A DNA stretch of 61,362 nt, the filler included, from Malassezia furfur (Eukaryota): NCBI GenBank assembly GCA_052055015.1. It is 9 parts of 9 records of this genome, joined end to end, with 100 filler letters (N's around TTAATTAATTAA, not from the genome) between each part and the next. Parts side by side here need not be neighbours in the genome. Positions count along the whole stretch, not along the records: positions 34,395 to 41,115 come from JBQJIT010000529.1; positions 41,216 to 47,876 come from JBQJIT010000530.1; 7 more parts are not named here. One strand, 5' to 3'. Under the pieces are notes generated by a model, which saw nothing but the letters and a program-made list of their open reading frames with translations, did not search any database and was not told where the DNA came from. Positions 35,792-47,588 of this stretch are shown here, piece by piece (positions within the stretch are counted from its first letter, which is position 1; every line of letters begins with the position of its first letter). A program made the translations under genes and the position numbers.

Positions 35792-36408
35792 CTACACAAA
35801 ACGCGCGCGCGCAAGCGGCGCCAGCAGCGTCGTGAGCGACGGGGCAGGCGTCGCCGTCTGGCTCGCTACGGCGGGGGGCGCCGCGGCGGTGGACAGCTGC
35901 CGGCGCTCGAGGCGGTTCAGGCGGCGCGCGGTGAGCGCGTTGCGCTGCGTGCGCTGCCCCCGCACCGGGAAGCCGTTGGCGTGCCGCCGCCCCTTGTATG
36001 TGCCGATGGCGCGGTGGTGTGCAATGTTGGCGAGCATGTCGCGGCGCAGGTCGCCCTCGATTTTGATGGAGCGCAGCGGGTCGGTGGACGCCTGTGCGCG
36101 CTGCGACGGCGGGGGCGTCGCGGCCTGCGGTGCCTGCGCGGGCGGCGCCGTGACCGCGGCGCGCGTGGGGCTCGCGCCGCGCGCGGGAATCAGGCCCGGC
36201 GACGAAAGGTACGCGGAGAGCTCCGTGACCTGCGCCTCAGTGAGCGACATGACCGTCGCGCGCTCGTGCACGCCGATGCGCGCGCAGATCCTGAGCGCGG
36301 TATCGTACGAGATCCCGTAGAAGGTCGTGAGCGCAATCTGCAAGGTCAGCACGGAGTACGCACGCGCACGAGCTTGTGGTCCGGCAGGTACGCGCCCAGC
36401 AGGTACAT
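35792..36408 (-). CDS. SWS2: Mitochondrial ribosomal protein uS13
   Basis: MYLLGAYLPDHKLVR|IALTTFYGI...IGTYKGRRHANGFPVRGQRTQRNA. Confidence 0.88.
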
Positions 36409-36451
36409 GGTGGAAGCCGACGACGTCACGTGAACAATGTACAATTCGCGC

Positions 36452-38206
36452 CTACGAGAACAGCTCGAGCTGCTGGCGCACCTGGGACGCGGTGGGCCGC
36501 TCTTCGGGTATGGGCGAGACCATCTGCTGTATGAGCGTGCGCACCGCGTCCGGTAGCCGCCCGCCGCCTGGGAGAATGAGCGCCGGCGCGCCGTCCGGGT
36601 ACGGCTGCCGGTCGACGGTGGCACGTGCGTCCGACGACGTGTCCGGCGACGCTGTGCGCCGCGGCGGCGAGCCGTGCGTCACCGAGCGCGTCGAGGCCGC
36701 GGAGGAGGCGCGCGTCGACGCGGGCGACGCGGGCGTCGGCGAGAGGGTCTCGGGTAGGTCGCCGAGGGCGTGCGCCCGGCAGACGGCCGCGCTGCTGCGC
36801 ACGTCCGACGTGGCGCGCTCGAGCGTGCACGGCCGCCCGGGCGCGTCGAGGTGCGTGGCAAGCGTGCGCTGTGTGTGGTGCGGTGTCTTGTCGGTCGCCG
36901 AGAGCGATTTGGTGCGGAGCAGCGCCGCGGCGTCCGGCGACGCCTGCCGCGTCTTGGACACCACGCCGTGCACCGGCGACGTCGGGTCGAGCAGCCGGTC
37001 CACGGCCGCGTCCGACACGCCGAACGAGGAGGTGCTGCTGCTGCGCTGCGATGCGCTGCGCCCCAGAGATGTGTCGCGGCGCATGTCGCGCGGGCGCAGT
37101 CCGCCGTCACGGAGCGGCAGTGCCATGCGCTCGATGCGGTCCTCCTCCTCGGACTGGAAGAACTGGTGCTGGCGGTGGCGCATGGCCATCATGCCGTGGA
37201 CGTGCCGCGACGGCTCGACGCCGGTCGCGAGCGAGTAGAGCAGCACGCCGAGCGAGAAGACGTCGAGCGTGAAGGAGAGCGCGGGGTGCGTCGGGTCCTG
37301 CCCCTCGGACGGCGTCCAGCGCGACGAGGTGAACAGTTCCGGCGCACTGTACGCCGGGGTGCCAACCGTGAGGCAGTCGGTGGCCGGCACGGCGGCGTTG
37401 GAGAAGAGCACCGAGGTGAAGTCGCACAGCTTGATCTGCCCGTCGGCGGTGAGCAGCACGTTTTGCATCTTGACGTCGCCGTGCACGCACCCCCGGCCGT
37501 GGAGCCACTCGATGGTGCGCGTGAGCTGCAGCGCCCACGTTGTCCACTGCGCCAGGTCGACGGCGTGCGGCTCGCGCTTGACAAACTGCCCCAGGGTGCA
37601 CGGGAGGTATTCGAGCAGGATGAGCAGGCGCGGCAGGTCCGGCGGCCCCGACGCGGGCGGCGCAAGCAGGTCGCTCAGCTGCGGCGGCGCGCGCAGACTC
37701 ACCTCGTCCACGACCGCGATCAGGTGCACAATGTGCGGGTGCGGCCCGAGCCGGCGCAGCGCAAACACCTCGTCGAGGCCCGCGAGCTGCGACTCGCGGT
37801 CGACCTGCATGCGCTTCACCGCGCAAAGGTCCCACGGAGCGGGCGCATCGGCGGGCGCGTGCATGTGCACGCGGCGGTACGCGCCGAGGTACACCTCGGC
37901 GTTGCGCCCCTCGCCGAGCTTGTATTCGCGCTCGAGGAGCACGCGGATATCGACGCCGTGTTCCGCGCGGATGCGCTCACGCTCCGACTCGCGCTGCTCC
38001 ATCGAGATGCGCCCAAACGACGGACGCTTGACGTGCCCGCGGCGCGCGGTGGTGAGCGTCGACGGCTGCCGCGGGGGAGCGGGCTGCTTCTTATCGGCGC
38101 GGAGCGGCGGCTTGGCCTTGGGCGGCGACGGCACGTGGATCGTCTGGAAGAAGAGGTCGTTGCGCGACGCGGGCGCATCAGAAGACGACGTAGGCGCCGG
38201 CTCCAT
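36452..38206 (-). CDS. Ser/Thr protein kinase with variant HGD/DFT motifs
   Basis: LGEGRNAEVY, AVK, HGDVKMQN, KLCDFT, GTPAYSAPE, DVFSLG, ERPTA. Confidence 0.85.
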   Translation of the reverse strand: MEPAPTSSSDAPASRNDLFFQTIHVPSPPKAKPPLRADKKQPAPPRQPSTLTTARRGHVKRPSFGRISMEQRESERERIRAEHGVDIRVLLEREYKLGEGRNAEVYLGAYRRVHMHAPADAPAPWDLCAVKRMQVDRESQLAGLDEVFALRRLGPHPHIVHLIAVVDEVSLRAPPQLSDLLAPPASGPPDLPRLLILLEYLPCTLGQFVKREPHAVDLAQWTTWALQLTRTIEWLHGRGCVHGDVKMQNVLLTADGQIKLCDFTSVLFSNAAVPATDCLTVGTPAYSAPELFTSSRWTPSEGQDPTHPALSFTLDVFSLGVLLYSLATGVEPSRHVHGMMAMRHRQHQFFQSEEEDRIERMALPLRDGGLRPRDMRRDTSLGRSASQRSSSTSSFGVSDAAVDRLLDPTSPVHGVVSKTRQASPDAAALLRTKSLSATDKTPHHTQRTLATHLDAPGRPCTLERATSDVRSSAAVCRAHALGDLPETLSPTPASPASTRASSAASTRSVTHGSPPRRTASPDTSSDARATVDRQPYPDGAPALILPGGGRLPDAVRTLIQQMVSPIPEERPTASQVRQQLELFS

Positions 38207-38333
38207 CGCGCTCAGGCAGCCGCGGTGCGCTCCCGTCGATCCACGCCGGGCACGGTGGCAAGCCGTGGGCGCCGCGCCGCGGCCCTCGTGCGTCACGTGC
38301 GTTGTGTGGGGGGATGCCGGTCTTCCCACAACG

Positions 38334-40585
38334 ATGAGCATTGCCGAGGAGCCGATTCAGGGACGCGTTGTGTGGACGCCGCCGCCGCACCCCACGCGGC
38401 TCGACCGATTCCGTGAGCGCATCAATGCGGAGCATGGCGTGGCGCTCGAGGACTATGCACAGCTGCACAAGTGGAGCGTCGAGTCGCTCGCGCCCTTCTG
38501 GCAGGCCGTCTGGGACGAGATCGGCGTCGTGGCCAGCGCGCCCGCAAGCGAGGTGCTGCCCAAGGACCCGCAGATGTTCCCGCCGGTAGAATGGTTCTTC
38601 GGCGCGCGCCTCAACTTTGCCGAAAACATCCTGCACCACGGCCGCGACGAGGACGTCGCGCTGATCGCGTGCACGGAGCGCGACGACGACACGCACAAGA
38701 CGACCTACGGCGAGCTCCGCAAGAAGGTCGCCTACGCGGTGCGTGCGCTGCGCAAGCTCGGCGTGCAGCAGGGCGACACGGTCGCGAGCTACGCGAGCAA
38801 CACGGCCGAGAACCTCGTTGCGTTCCTCGCCGCGAGCGCCGTCGGCGCCGTGTGGACGAGCGTCGCGCCCGACTTTGGCACCGCCGGTGTGCTGGAGCGT
38901 CTGCAGACGGTGCGCCCGCGTGTGCTGTTTAGCGTGAACGCGGTGCTGTACAACGGCAAGCTGCATGACCACCTCGCGAAGCTCGATGCGACCGTCGAGG
39001 GGCTGCTCGCCGAGAACGGCGCACACGCTCCGGCCCCCGACGCAGAGGCGGACATGGACGGCGATGCCAACGCCGACGGGGAGCGCCGTGCCAAGCGCGC
39101 GCGCCGCGAGACGCGCCCGGCGCTCGAGCACGTCGTCGTGATCCCCTACACCGGCTCGCACCCCGAGGCGGCCGAGCGCAAGGACGGCGTCACGGGCTAC
39201 AAGGACCCGCACGGCGTGCAGCGCACGACCTGGGCCGACTTCCTCGCGAGCGGCGCGCCCGCGGACGGCGAGGACGAGACGCACACCACGTTTGCGCAGC
39301 TCGACTTCAACCACCCCCTCTGGATCCTCTTCTCGAGCGGGACGACGGGCAAGCCCAAGGCGATCACGCACCGGGCAGGCGGCATGCTGCTCCAGTTCGG
39401 CAAGGAGCATCTGCTGCTCGGCGGCCTGACGCGTGACGACGTCTTCTTCCAGCACACCACGACGGGGTGGATGATGTGGAACTGGCTCGTGGGTGCGCTC
39501 TTGGCGGGCTGCCCCGTGGTGCTGTACGACGGCTCACCGGCGCACCCCACGAGTGTGCTGTGGGAGCGTGCGGCGCAGCTGGGCATCACCGTGTTCGGCA
39601 CCTCGGCGGCGTACCTCGGCATGATGGAGCGCCGCGGCTACTACGCCGAGGACCTGCACGATAAGCTGCGCGTGCGTGCGATCCTCTCGACCGGTTCGCC
39701 GCTGCGTGCGGAGCTGTACCGCTACGCCGAGAAGCTCGTGGGGCGCCCGGTGCAGGTGGGCAGCATCACGGGCGGCACGGACCTCTGCTCGCTGTTCGCC
39801 TCGAACAACGTCGCGCTGCCCGTGCATGCCGGCGAGCTGCAGTGCATCTGTCTGGGCATGGACGTCGACGTGTTCGACGACGCGGGCCACAGCTGCCCCG
39901 ACATGGTCGAGGGCAACCTCGTGTGCAAGAAGCCGTTCCCGGCGCAGCCGCTCGGCTTCTGGCGCCAGCCAAACGACCGGTACCGCGACAGCTATTATAC
40001 CCAGTACCCCGGTGTGTGGTACCACGGCGACCTGGTCATGCGCTCGCGGCACCACGGCCTGATCATGCTGGGCCGCTCGGACGGGATCCTGAATCCGAAT
40101 GGGATTCGCTTCGGCAGTGCGGAAATCTACGAAGTGCTCGAGAGCTCCGAGGCAACCGCAGCCACCTCGCCGCTCGCGCACATCACCGACTCGCTCGTCG
40201 TGGCGCTCAAGACGCCGGCGAAAGACGACGAGGTGGTCGTGCTGTTCCTCGTTGCCGACGACGAGGCCGACTGGGACGCGATCGAGCGTGAGACACGCCG
40301 CATGATCCGCGCGCAGCGCAGCGCGCGCCACGTCCCCGCGTTCGTGTGCCGCGTGCAGGGCGTGCCCAAAACGCTGAACGGCAAGCGCGTCGAAGTCCCG
40401 GTAAAGAAACGTACGTCGCCCCATGCACTCACACAGTCATCAACGGCGCGCCGATGAGCACCATCAACAAAGCTACACTCCTTAACAGCGAGGTGCTCGA
40501 CGAGTACATCGCGCTTGGCGAGCAGCTCCGCCAGGAGCTCGCGGCCAAGACCGCCGCGCCGGCCGCGAAGCCCGCGGCCCCGTAG
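38334..40585 (+). CDS. Acetoacetyl-CoA synthetase
   Basis: [82 protein letters not shown]; ~26-nt intron near 40411-40436. Confidence 0.92.
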
Positions 40586-40631
40586 TCACGTCACGTGCCT
40601 TTTCTTTTTTGCCGGCCAGTGTTCGACGACC

Positions 40632-41097
40632 ATGTATCGCGGTGGTCGTGGAGGCGGTCGCGGCGGCTTCAGCGGCCGCGGCGGGCGCGGCGGCATGGCG
40701 ATGGGACCGCCGGCCAATGTGATCCCGTTCGGCACGTTCAAGCACGCCGTCGAAGGCGAGATGTTCTGCGCGAGCACCGACCCAAAGCACGTCCCGTACT
40801 TTAACGCGCCCATCTTGTACGCTGCACCCCCGCTGACCCAGCCTCGAAAACAAGACGCAGATCGGTAAGGTGGACGAGATCCTTGGGCCCATCAACGAGG
40901 TGTACTTCACCATCAAGACGGAGCCGGGCATCGTCGCAACCTCGTTCAAGGCGGACGACACCGTGTTCATCTCGGACGACCGTCTGCTGCCAATTGAGCG
41001 CTTCCTGCCCAAGCCCAAGAGCCTCACCAAGGGCCCCAAGAAGCCCCGGGGTGGTGCCGCCGGCGGCCGCGGTGGATTCCGTGGTGGCCGGCAATAA
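40632..41097 (+). CDS. GAR1: H/ACA RNP subunit Gar1
   Basis: RGG arms, [38 protein letters not shown]; 25-nt intron 40817-40841. Confidence 0.95.
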
Positions 41098-41115
41098 AGC
41101 AGAGCAGCGGTTTTT

Positions 41116-41215
41116 NNNNNNNNNNNNNNNNNNNNNNNNNNNNNNNNNNNNNNNNNNNNTTAATTAATTAANNNNNNNNNNNNNNNNNNNNNNNNNNNNN
41201 NNNNNNNNNNNNNNN
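41116..41215. other. Artificial contig linker
   Basis: N44-TTAATTAATTAA-N44. Confidence 0.98.
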
Positions 41216-41319
41216 CGAGCGGCGCGGGCAGCGCGAGCGCCGGCACCGCGTGGGCGGCGTCGTGGTCCATGTGGAGGCCGGGCGGCGGCGCGCAGCGGGG
41301 CTGTACAGAGCTGCGTGTG

Positions 41320-42893
41320 CTACGGAGCGGGGGCCCACAGCGGCATGAACGTCGCGTGACACCGGTCGATCTTGCGCCCGATGTCGCTCACGGCGCCAAA
41401 CAGGCGCGTCGCGATCCAGTACTCCCAGACGACGTGCCAGGGGTGCGCGAGGCGCCAGTGGACGAGGTCGTGGTACATGTAGTAGTCGCGGCGGTCGTAC
41501 GCTGGGTGAGTCGGGGGCGCACGTACCGACCACCACGCGGGGGTTCACGTAGATCAGGGGGTGCGCGGGGTGTGCGAGGCGGTGCATGTCGAGCGACGTC
41601 AGCAGGCACTCGGACGCGAGGCACAGCACGCCCTCGCGGAAGCGCAGCGGGAGCTTCGCCGGCGCCTCGCCGTCGGCGAGCGTCGCGTTGCGCGGCAGCT
41701 GCGCCACGGTGGGCAGCGCGGCGTCCGGCGTGCCCTGCGTGGCGTCCGGCACTACGCCGGGCGCCACGCCCTGCGGCAGGAACCAGCGCGCGTCGAATGC
41801 GACGAGCCCGTTCCAGCACGCGTTCACCAGCACGTCCTCGCCGCGGTCGACGCGCGCCTGGTCGTCGCGGCGCGCAAAGAAGGGCCAGAGCGTGCGTGCG
41901 CGGTCGGCGTTGACGTCGCGCGTCACCCAGCTGCGTCAGGAGGAACACGTACGTGTCGTACAGCCCGATGGCATAGTAGTCGATCGCGCACGCCTGGTCA
42001 AACACGCCGCCGTGCGTGCCGAGCAGCGTGTGCAGCGCCTCGGTGTCGAACAGGATGTCGTTCAAAAACACGACGCGCTCAAACGCGCGGCCGTCGAGGC
42101 GGCCGCCGAGCTCGACCCACAGCGGGTCCATCGCCTCGTTGCGCAGGTACGCGAGGCGGCGGATGCGCTTGAGGTTCTTGAACCCCTTGCGCTTCGTCAC
42201 CGTCTTGATACGCCGGCGCACGCCGCGCCGGTCCAGCTCGGCGTCGAGCGCATGCAGCAGCTCGGGCGTGCGGTCCTGCGAGTCGTTCTCGTAGATCGAC
42301 ACATACACGTTGCGGGGCCCGACGTCCTCGATGAACTGCAGCAGCGCCTCGGAGTAGCGCGGCAAAATCCGCTCGCTGTTGAACAGATTGGACGCGATGT
42401 AGAACGTCTGGTTCTGGGGGTTGTAGTCGCGGTGCGCGGCGCGCGCGGGCGGCGCGCGGGGGTCGGCATACGGCGTGTCGAGCACCACGCCCACGACACA
42501 CGTCGCCGTGTACGCCGTCGCGAGCGCGCAGAGCGCCAGGCGGAGCCATGCGCCGAGCGTCGGCGGCAGCCGCCGGTGGTGCAGCACGCGCGCGACATCG
42601 ACCGCGAGCACGAGCGGGAACGCAAAGAGCATGCACACGAGGTATACGAACAGCGTGGACGGCACGTAGAAGTAGATGCTCAGCACCACGACCACCGCGA
42701 CCGACACAAAAAAAATGGCGCCGTACGGCGACCGGACGAAATCCGCGACGGCCGCCCTGACCGAGCGCTTTCCGCGGCGGAAATGCGGAAAGTGTGCCCC
42801 GTCGTCCCCGTCGAGGAACGCCTCCGTCTCACAGTCGCCCATCTCAGGCTCCAGCTCGTACGCCTCGCCCAGCGCGGGCGACTGCGCCTTCAT
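41320..42893 (-). CDS. CAP59/Cmt1-like alpha-1,3-mannosyltransferase (GT69)
   Basis: FYIASNLFNSE, VYVSIYENDSQD, RIRRLAYLRNEAMDPL, VFLND, YDT|WVTRD (22-nt intron 41931-41952), ACWNG, SEC, IYVNP. Confidence 0.85.
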
Positions 42894-43159
42894 CGTCGTA
42901 CAGAGAAAGCACGTGGCCTCGCTCAATCTCCGCGCTCACTATACAGCACGCTCGTGGTTGGCCGAATTCCGCGCACAGACCACGGTGTCACGGCCGACCT
43001 GCACGCGGCGCGCCGCACACCGTCCGCGCGTGGCCACATGATGCTTCGACAGCCTCGCTGCGAACCCATTGCACAAACAGACATAGTACATACATGCACA
43101 CGTATTCGCGCGACTACGCGGACGACGAGTCGCTCGGGACCGCACCGTCGTTCCGCGCA

Positions 43160-44085
43160 TCACGCACGTCGTCAGCTGGAGCGTCATCGCGAGGTCAGGC
43201 ACGGTGCAAAGGGCTTGATAGAACACAAGGTTGTAGGACACCGCGACGCCGGTCTCCCAGGTCGCGCCGACCGCGACGAGGAAGGCACATTTGACGACCA
43301 TTGGCAAGGCAAGCACCACAAGCACCACAATCATCTGCATGAGCGCTCCACATACCATGGCGAGTTGCTTGTGCGTGATGACCGCGAGGTGCTGTATCGT
43401 TTGCCCTTCGAGATGGTCCGTTGTGGCGGAGCCATCGGCAAACGACAATCGCATCTTGCAGTCGCCGCTCAGCACCACAAGAATCACGACCCAGAACCCA
43501 AAGAAAGAGACTCTCGAAAACGATCCAGGTGTACCAGTACTCGCCCCAGCCTGCAATACCCACCAAGGCAAGGGCCGCAATGAGGACAAAGGCCGCAAAC
43601 GCGGGGTGGTACATAGACTCGCTGAACACTGTCTGTCCATAGCACAGATTCGCCAGGTGCGTCCTGGAGTGAGGTCCAGCACGTACCACCGGGCGTGCAG
43701 CCAGTACAGCAGGCACAATTGCACCGACATGCCCACCGAGTACAGGAACTGATGCATTCCAAGGGTTAGGGGCCATACGCACGCAAGAAGAAGAGCCGAA
43801 GCAGGCTGTACGCGAGTCGGGCGCGTCGCTTCAACACATACTAGCACGTCGCCGGCGCAAAAGTCCCAAATATGCACGCAAACTTCACGAGTCCTACGCC
43901 GTTATACATTCGTCCAAATTCGTAGCAGTTGCGATGCGTCTATATGCACAGGCCCTGGTTGCGTGGGTTGGTGCCGCGGCCGCCATAGCATCCCCGTCGT
44001 AGCCCCTACCGTAGCCCCCGCCGTACCTGTGCGGCACCCTTAGCTGTCGTTCGGGCGTGGCCAAATTTCGGACATCGTTAGACAT
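43160..44085 (-). pseudogene. Decayed paralogue of the multi-pass membrane gene at 45187-46290
   Basis: Shares GLV.FAC.FG, LANLCY, YHPAF, GIAGWG.YWYTW, HLEGQ, VGATW, LC..PDLA and intron positions with the intact copy. Has a TAG at 43841-43843, a deleted exon segment and a +1 frameshift near 43503-43506. Boundaries approximate. Confidence 0.8.
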
Positions 44086-44123
44086 TGCAAGCGCAAAGTT
44101 TAGATATGGAGCCGCACACGCTG

Positions 44124-44265
44124 CGCCATGGTTTCATTTTAATAGGATTAAGCTATGCAAGGCCTTCGTTGGCTCATGATTGGGTTAATTAAATTTACGA
44201 ACTTTATCCCCGGATTCTCACTTGGCCTTACCGAGTCCCACGTACCTTGTTCTGATTCGCACGCG
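44124..44265 (+). repeat. Copy 1 of a ~141-bp imperfect direct repeat
   Basis: cgccatggttt...ggattaagctatgc...tgattgggt.aattaaat...atccccggattctcac.tggccttac...attcg.acgcg, shared with 44688-44828. Confidence 0.88.
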
Positions 44266-44687
44266 ACGCCTTTGTTTAAAGGGAATCTTCGCTCCAATGT
44301 ACGGTGTAGCGTAGTGTTGCTCACGGGGGTTGGTAAGATAGGATCCTTGCCCTATAGTGATCCCTGGACTCTGTCCTCAATGCGTTATCCTTTCGCACGG
44401 GCAGAATTACGTGCGTATCTTGACCGTGTCTTGAGATACCCATGCGTGCCGCAGTCGATGCAATGCGTCGCAGATCGCAGAAGCGCGTGATCCGTACCTA
44501 ACAATTCCAAACCATACAATCTGTTGCGTACTGAGGGTCTCTGAGTCCACTTTGCGTGGAAATGGTGTATGCGCTTTTGACGTAGCTGTGCACCGCGCTG
44601 AACCCCTATTCAGACATCACGAAACTGCTGGTGTCACCGCTCGCAGACGTAGAATGAGCGTGTTTGGATAGGGGGACGACTGTGCCG

Positions 44688-44828
44688 CGCCATGGTTTAA
44701 TTAATGGGATTAAGCTATGCCAAGGGCCTCGTTGGAGCGTGATTGGGTAAATTAAATGGACGCACTTCATCCCCGGATTCTCACCTGGCCTTACAGAGGC
44801 CCTTGTGCCCCGGTCTAATTCGTACGCG
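44688..44828 (+). repeat. Copy 2 of the ~141-bp imperfect direct repeat
   Basis: Colinear with 44124-44265. Confidence 0.88.
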
Positions 44829-45186
44829 CTCCTTGTTCTAGCCTCAGTCGGTCCAGGGTGAAGGGTCCACGTGAACATGGCTCCTTGTCGGAGCATGACA
44901 GGCTTTTTGGCTTACAGCGACTGGGCGCCGGAGGTTGTCATGCGCCAGAATCGATGAGGTAGTTGGATTCCTGCGACTTGCGCCCTCGTGTGCATTGTCT
45001 TATTGGCACAGGTCCGCGCATGTCTCGGCATACCGAATATGCGCACCTGGCGCTACGTTGCTCAGGAGCCCAGGTGTGCCGCAGTTGACAGCGTGGTCGT
45101 ATCGGACGCATAAACGAGAGTGATATCTAGCAATTACAAACACAATACAGGTAGTACTATAACACGGCAGGCCCGCCTCGGTGGCC

Positions 45187-46290
45187 TTACGAGCTGCGCG
45201 ACGAGCTCGACCCCTTGGACTCGTCGGCATCGTTCGAATCGCTGTCGTCGCTCCCTCCGGGCACTGGCAGGTACTGCGATATCGCATAGAGGTCGAGCGT
45301 GCCGTAGGTGCACAGGACGATGGTGAGCGCCAGGTCGGGCAGGACGCAAAGCACCTGGAAGACCTCGACGCTGAAGTCGTACACGGTTCCCGTCTGCCAT
45401 GTTGCACCGACGACGATCAGGAACACGCACTTGATCGTCAGCAGCGATACGATCACGGCGAGGATCATCACCATCTGTGTGAGCAATGCCACATACCGTA
45501 TTCAGCTGCTTGTAGGACACCGGCATGGGCCGCTCGCTCCACTGCCCCTCGAGGTGCTCCGATGTGACAGCGCCCGACAGGAACTGCGACTTCAGCCGGC
45601 GGTTCCGGACGAGGGCGATGACGACGGCGATCCAGAGGCCGAGGAAAAAGGCGAGGAACACCATCCAGGTGTACCAGTACTTTCCCCAGCCCGCGATGCC
45701 GATCATCGTGAGCGCGGTCACGAGCACGAACGCGATGAACGCGGGATGGTACACCGACAGGCCGAACGCGCGCTTTTCGTAGCAGAGATTTGCGAGGCGC
45801 ACCCTGGGTGAGGAAATCGACGTACCAGCGCGCATACAGCAGGAAGACGAGGCACAGCTGTGCGGACATCGCGACTGTGTACATGATCAGCATCACGTTT
45901 TGGTACCCGTCGAACCCGACGGCGAAGCCGATGAACTCCACTGCGTGGTGAGCCGAGATACGTACGCAGAGTGGACAGGAGGAGGAAGCCGTATTCGAGC
46001 TTGGCGCGGCGCCGGAAGATGTAGTATGCGATGACGAGCGACAGGATGCCGAACAGGCACGCGAAGCTCACGAGGCCCGTGTCGCCGAGGCCAAACGTCG
46101 AGTCGTAGCACTCGTCGCGCGACCAGACGCACATCGTCTGCTTGCCGACCGCCTGCGCACTATCAGGGCCCTGGCCCACGAACCCGCGCGTGGGGCCGGC
46201 GTTGGTGCTTACGGAGCGCGAGTAGGTGACCGCATCGCGTGAACGTGCGTATGATGACCCAAAGTCGTATGGGCCGAAGCTGAGCGACAT
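45187..46290 (-). CDS. Multi-pass (~7 TM) membrane protein, weakly RTA1-like
   Basis: Introns of 25, 22 (45804-45825) and 22 nt (45475-45496) join four ORF-track fragments into one hydrophobic protein (LLEFIGF..., FQVLCVLPDLAL). Family assignment is tentative. Confidence 0.7.
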
Positions 46291-46570
46291 GGTGTGCGCA
46301 AATTCGCTGGTCCGCTCGTCGAACCGCGTTAGGGAGGGGAAGCGGCGCGTGGTCCTGCCAAGACCGGCGTGGCCCCGTGATTGGCTTTTTTTTTGCAGAG
46401 CGGCCCACGTGCGGCTCCACCTGGGGAGAAGAGGGGGCGAAGCGAGCGAGTATGAGCAGGGAAGCGAGAGCGTGGAGATGGGGGAGGGCGGCGCAGCGGT
46501 CGTACACCAGCATGCGCATACGTAGACACACGAGCGAGGTATCGGTATAGGTTTTATCGCACACCCCCGT

Positions 46571-47556
46571 CTAGGGCGCCGCGTCGCTACGAGCTACGGC
46601 GGGCTCGGCACGCGGCGGCGTCGCTGGCGTTTTGTCGGGTGTCGCGATGCGGCTCGTGGCCGTCGTGGCCGTCGTGGCCTCCGGGCGCCTTTCGGACGCC
46701 GTACGTGCGTACGCTGCCAGTTCGTCGACGTGCGACGACGTGGCTGTCAGTGCACGCAGCGCATTGATGACGGCGACCGCCGGCTGCCGCACCGGCCGCC
46801 AGAAGTAGACGGCGGTCAGCACCACGAGGAACAGGGTGTGCCGCGCTAGGTGCAAGTTGGCGTGCCACTGTGTGAGTTTGGGGGGCGACGTACGTGTTCC
46901 CAGCGGCCATACACGGACCCCAGCTGCTCTGCACGGAGCACGATGTACGCCTCGACGAAGAATGCGGCGAGCAGGACGAGCGTTGCAGGCGTCCGCGACG
47001 ACGCCCGCGACGTGTACGGCGCGACGGCTGCGTCGTGTGCCGGCGTCGACACGGTGCGCTGTACGAGACGTGGGAGGACCCCGTGCGAGGGTATGGTGAG
47101 CAGGCCCACGAGGACGAGCATGACGAGGTACGGGCTGAGGAGCTGGTACAAGGCGTACTGCTGGCAGTCGAGCTTCTGCACGCACGTCGCACAGCCGAGG
47201 ATCGGCTCGGCGCCGAGCACGAGGTAGAGTTTCTGGGTGAGCAAGCCACGTACGCGACCGTCGACACTCGACCAGCGCCAGAGGAGACGCTCGAGTGCCT
47301 CTTCGCCAAAGCGCGTGCGCCACGCGTGCGCGAGGCCGCTGAGTGCGCCGCCGGGGGCGAGCGCGTCGCGGAGGAGCTGGGTGGAGATGGTCGTGCGCTG
47401 GCGCAAGAGCAAAAACACGTCGCTCGGGTAGCCGTGAGCGCGCCAGGGCGTCGGAAGCCATGCGCTGGGCACGAGCGCCGCCGCGTGGTATGCGGCGGCC
47501 GCGGCCGTGAGCGGGCCGAGCACCCACGTGTCCCACGCCGAAGGGGGGATGACCAT
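46571..47556 (-). CDS. Conserved fungal hypothetical membrane protein with CxxC
   Basis: SVDGR|KLYLVLGAEPILGCATC...YALY..YLVMLVLVGLLT, TM segments; probable introns 47233-47253 (21 nt) and ~46868-46893. Confidence 0.6.
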
Positions 47557-47588
47557 GCGAGGGAAGCGGTGCGCCTCCACATTACAGG

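Noticed and set aside
37269..38333. N-terminal extension making a 1062-aa acetoacetyl-CoA synthetase (likewise 17425-18237 for the PPR-like gene)
   Set aside because: The extension is the antisense of the divergent neighbouring gene; homology starts at the internal ATG.
43900..45180. Centromere
   Set aside because: Only moderately AT-rich and explained by a pseudogene and a duplicated module; lacks a strongly AT-rich core.
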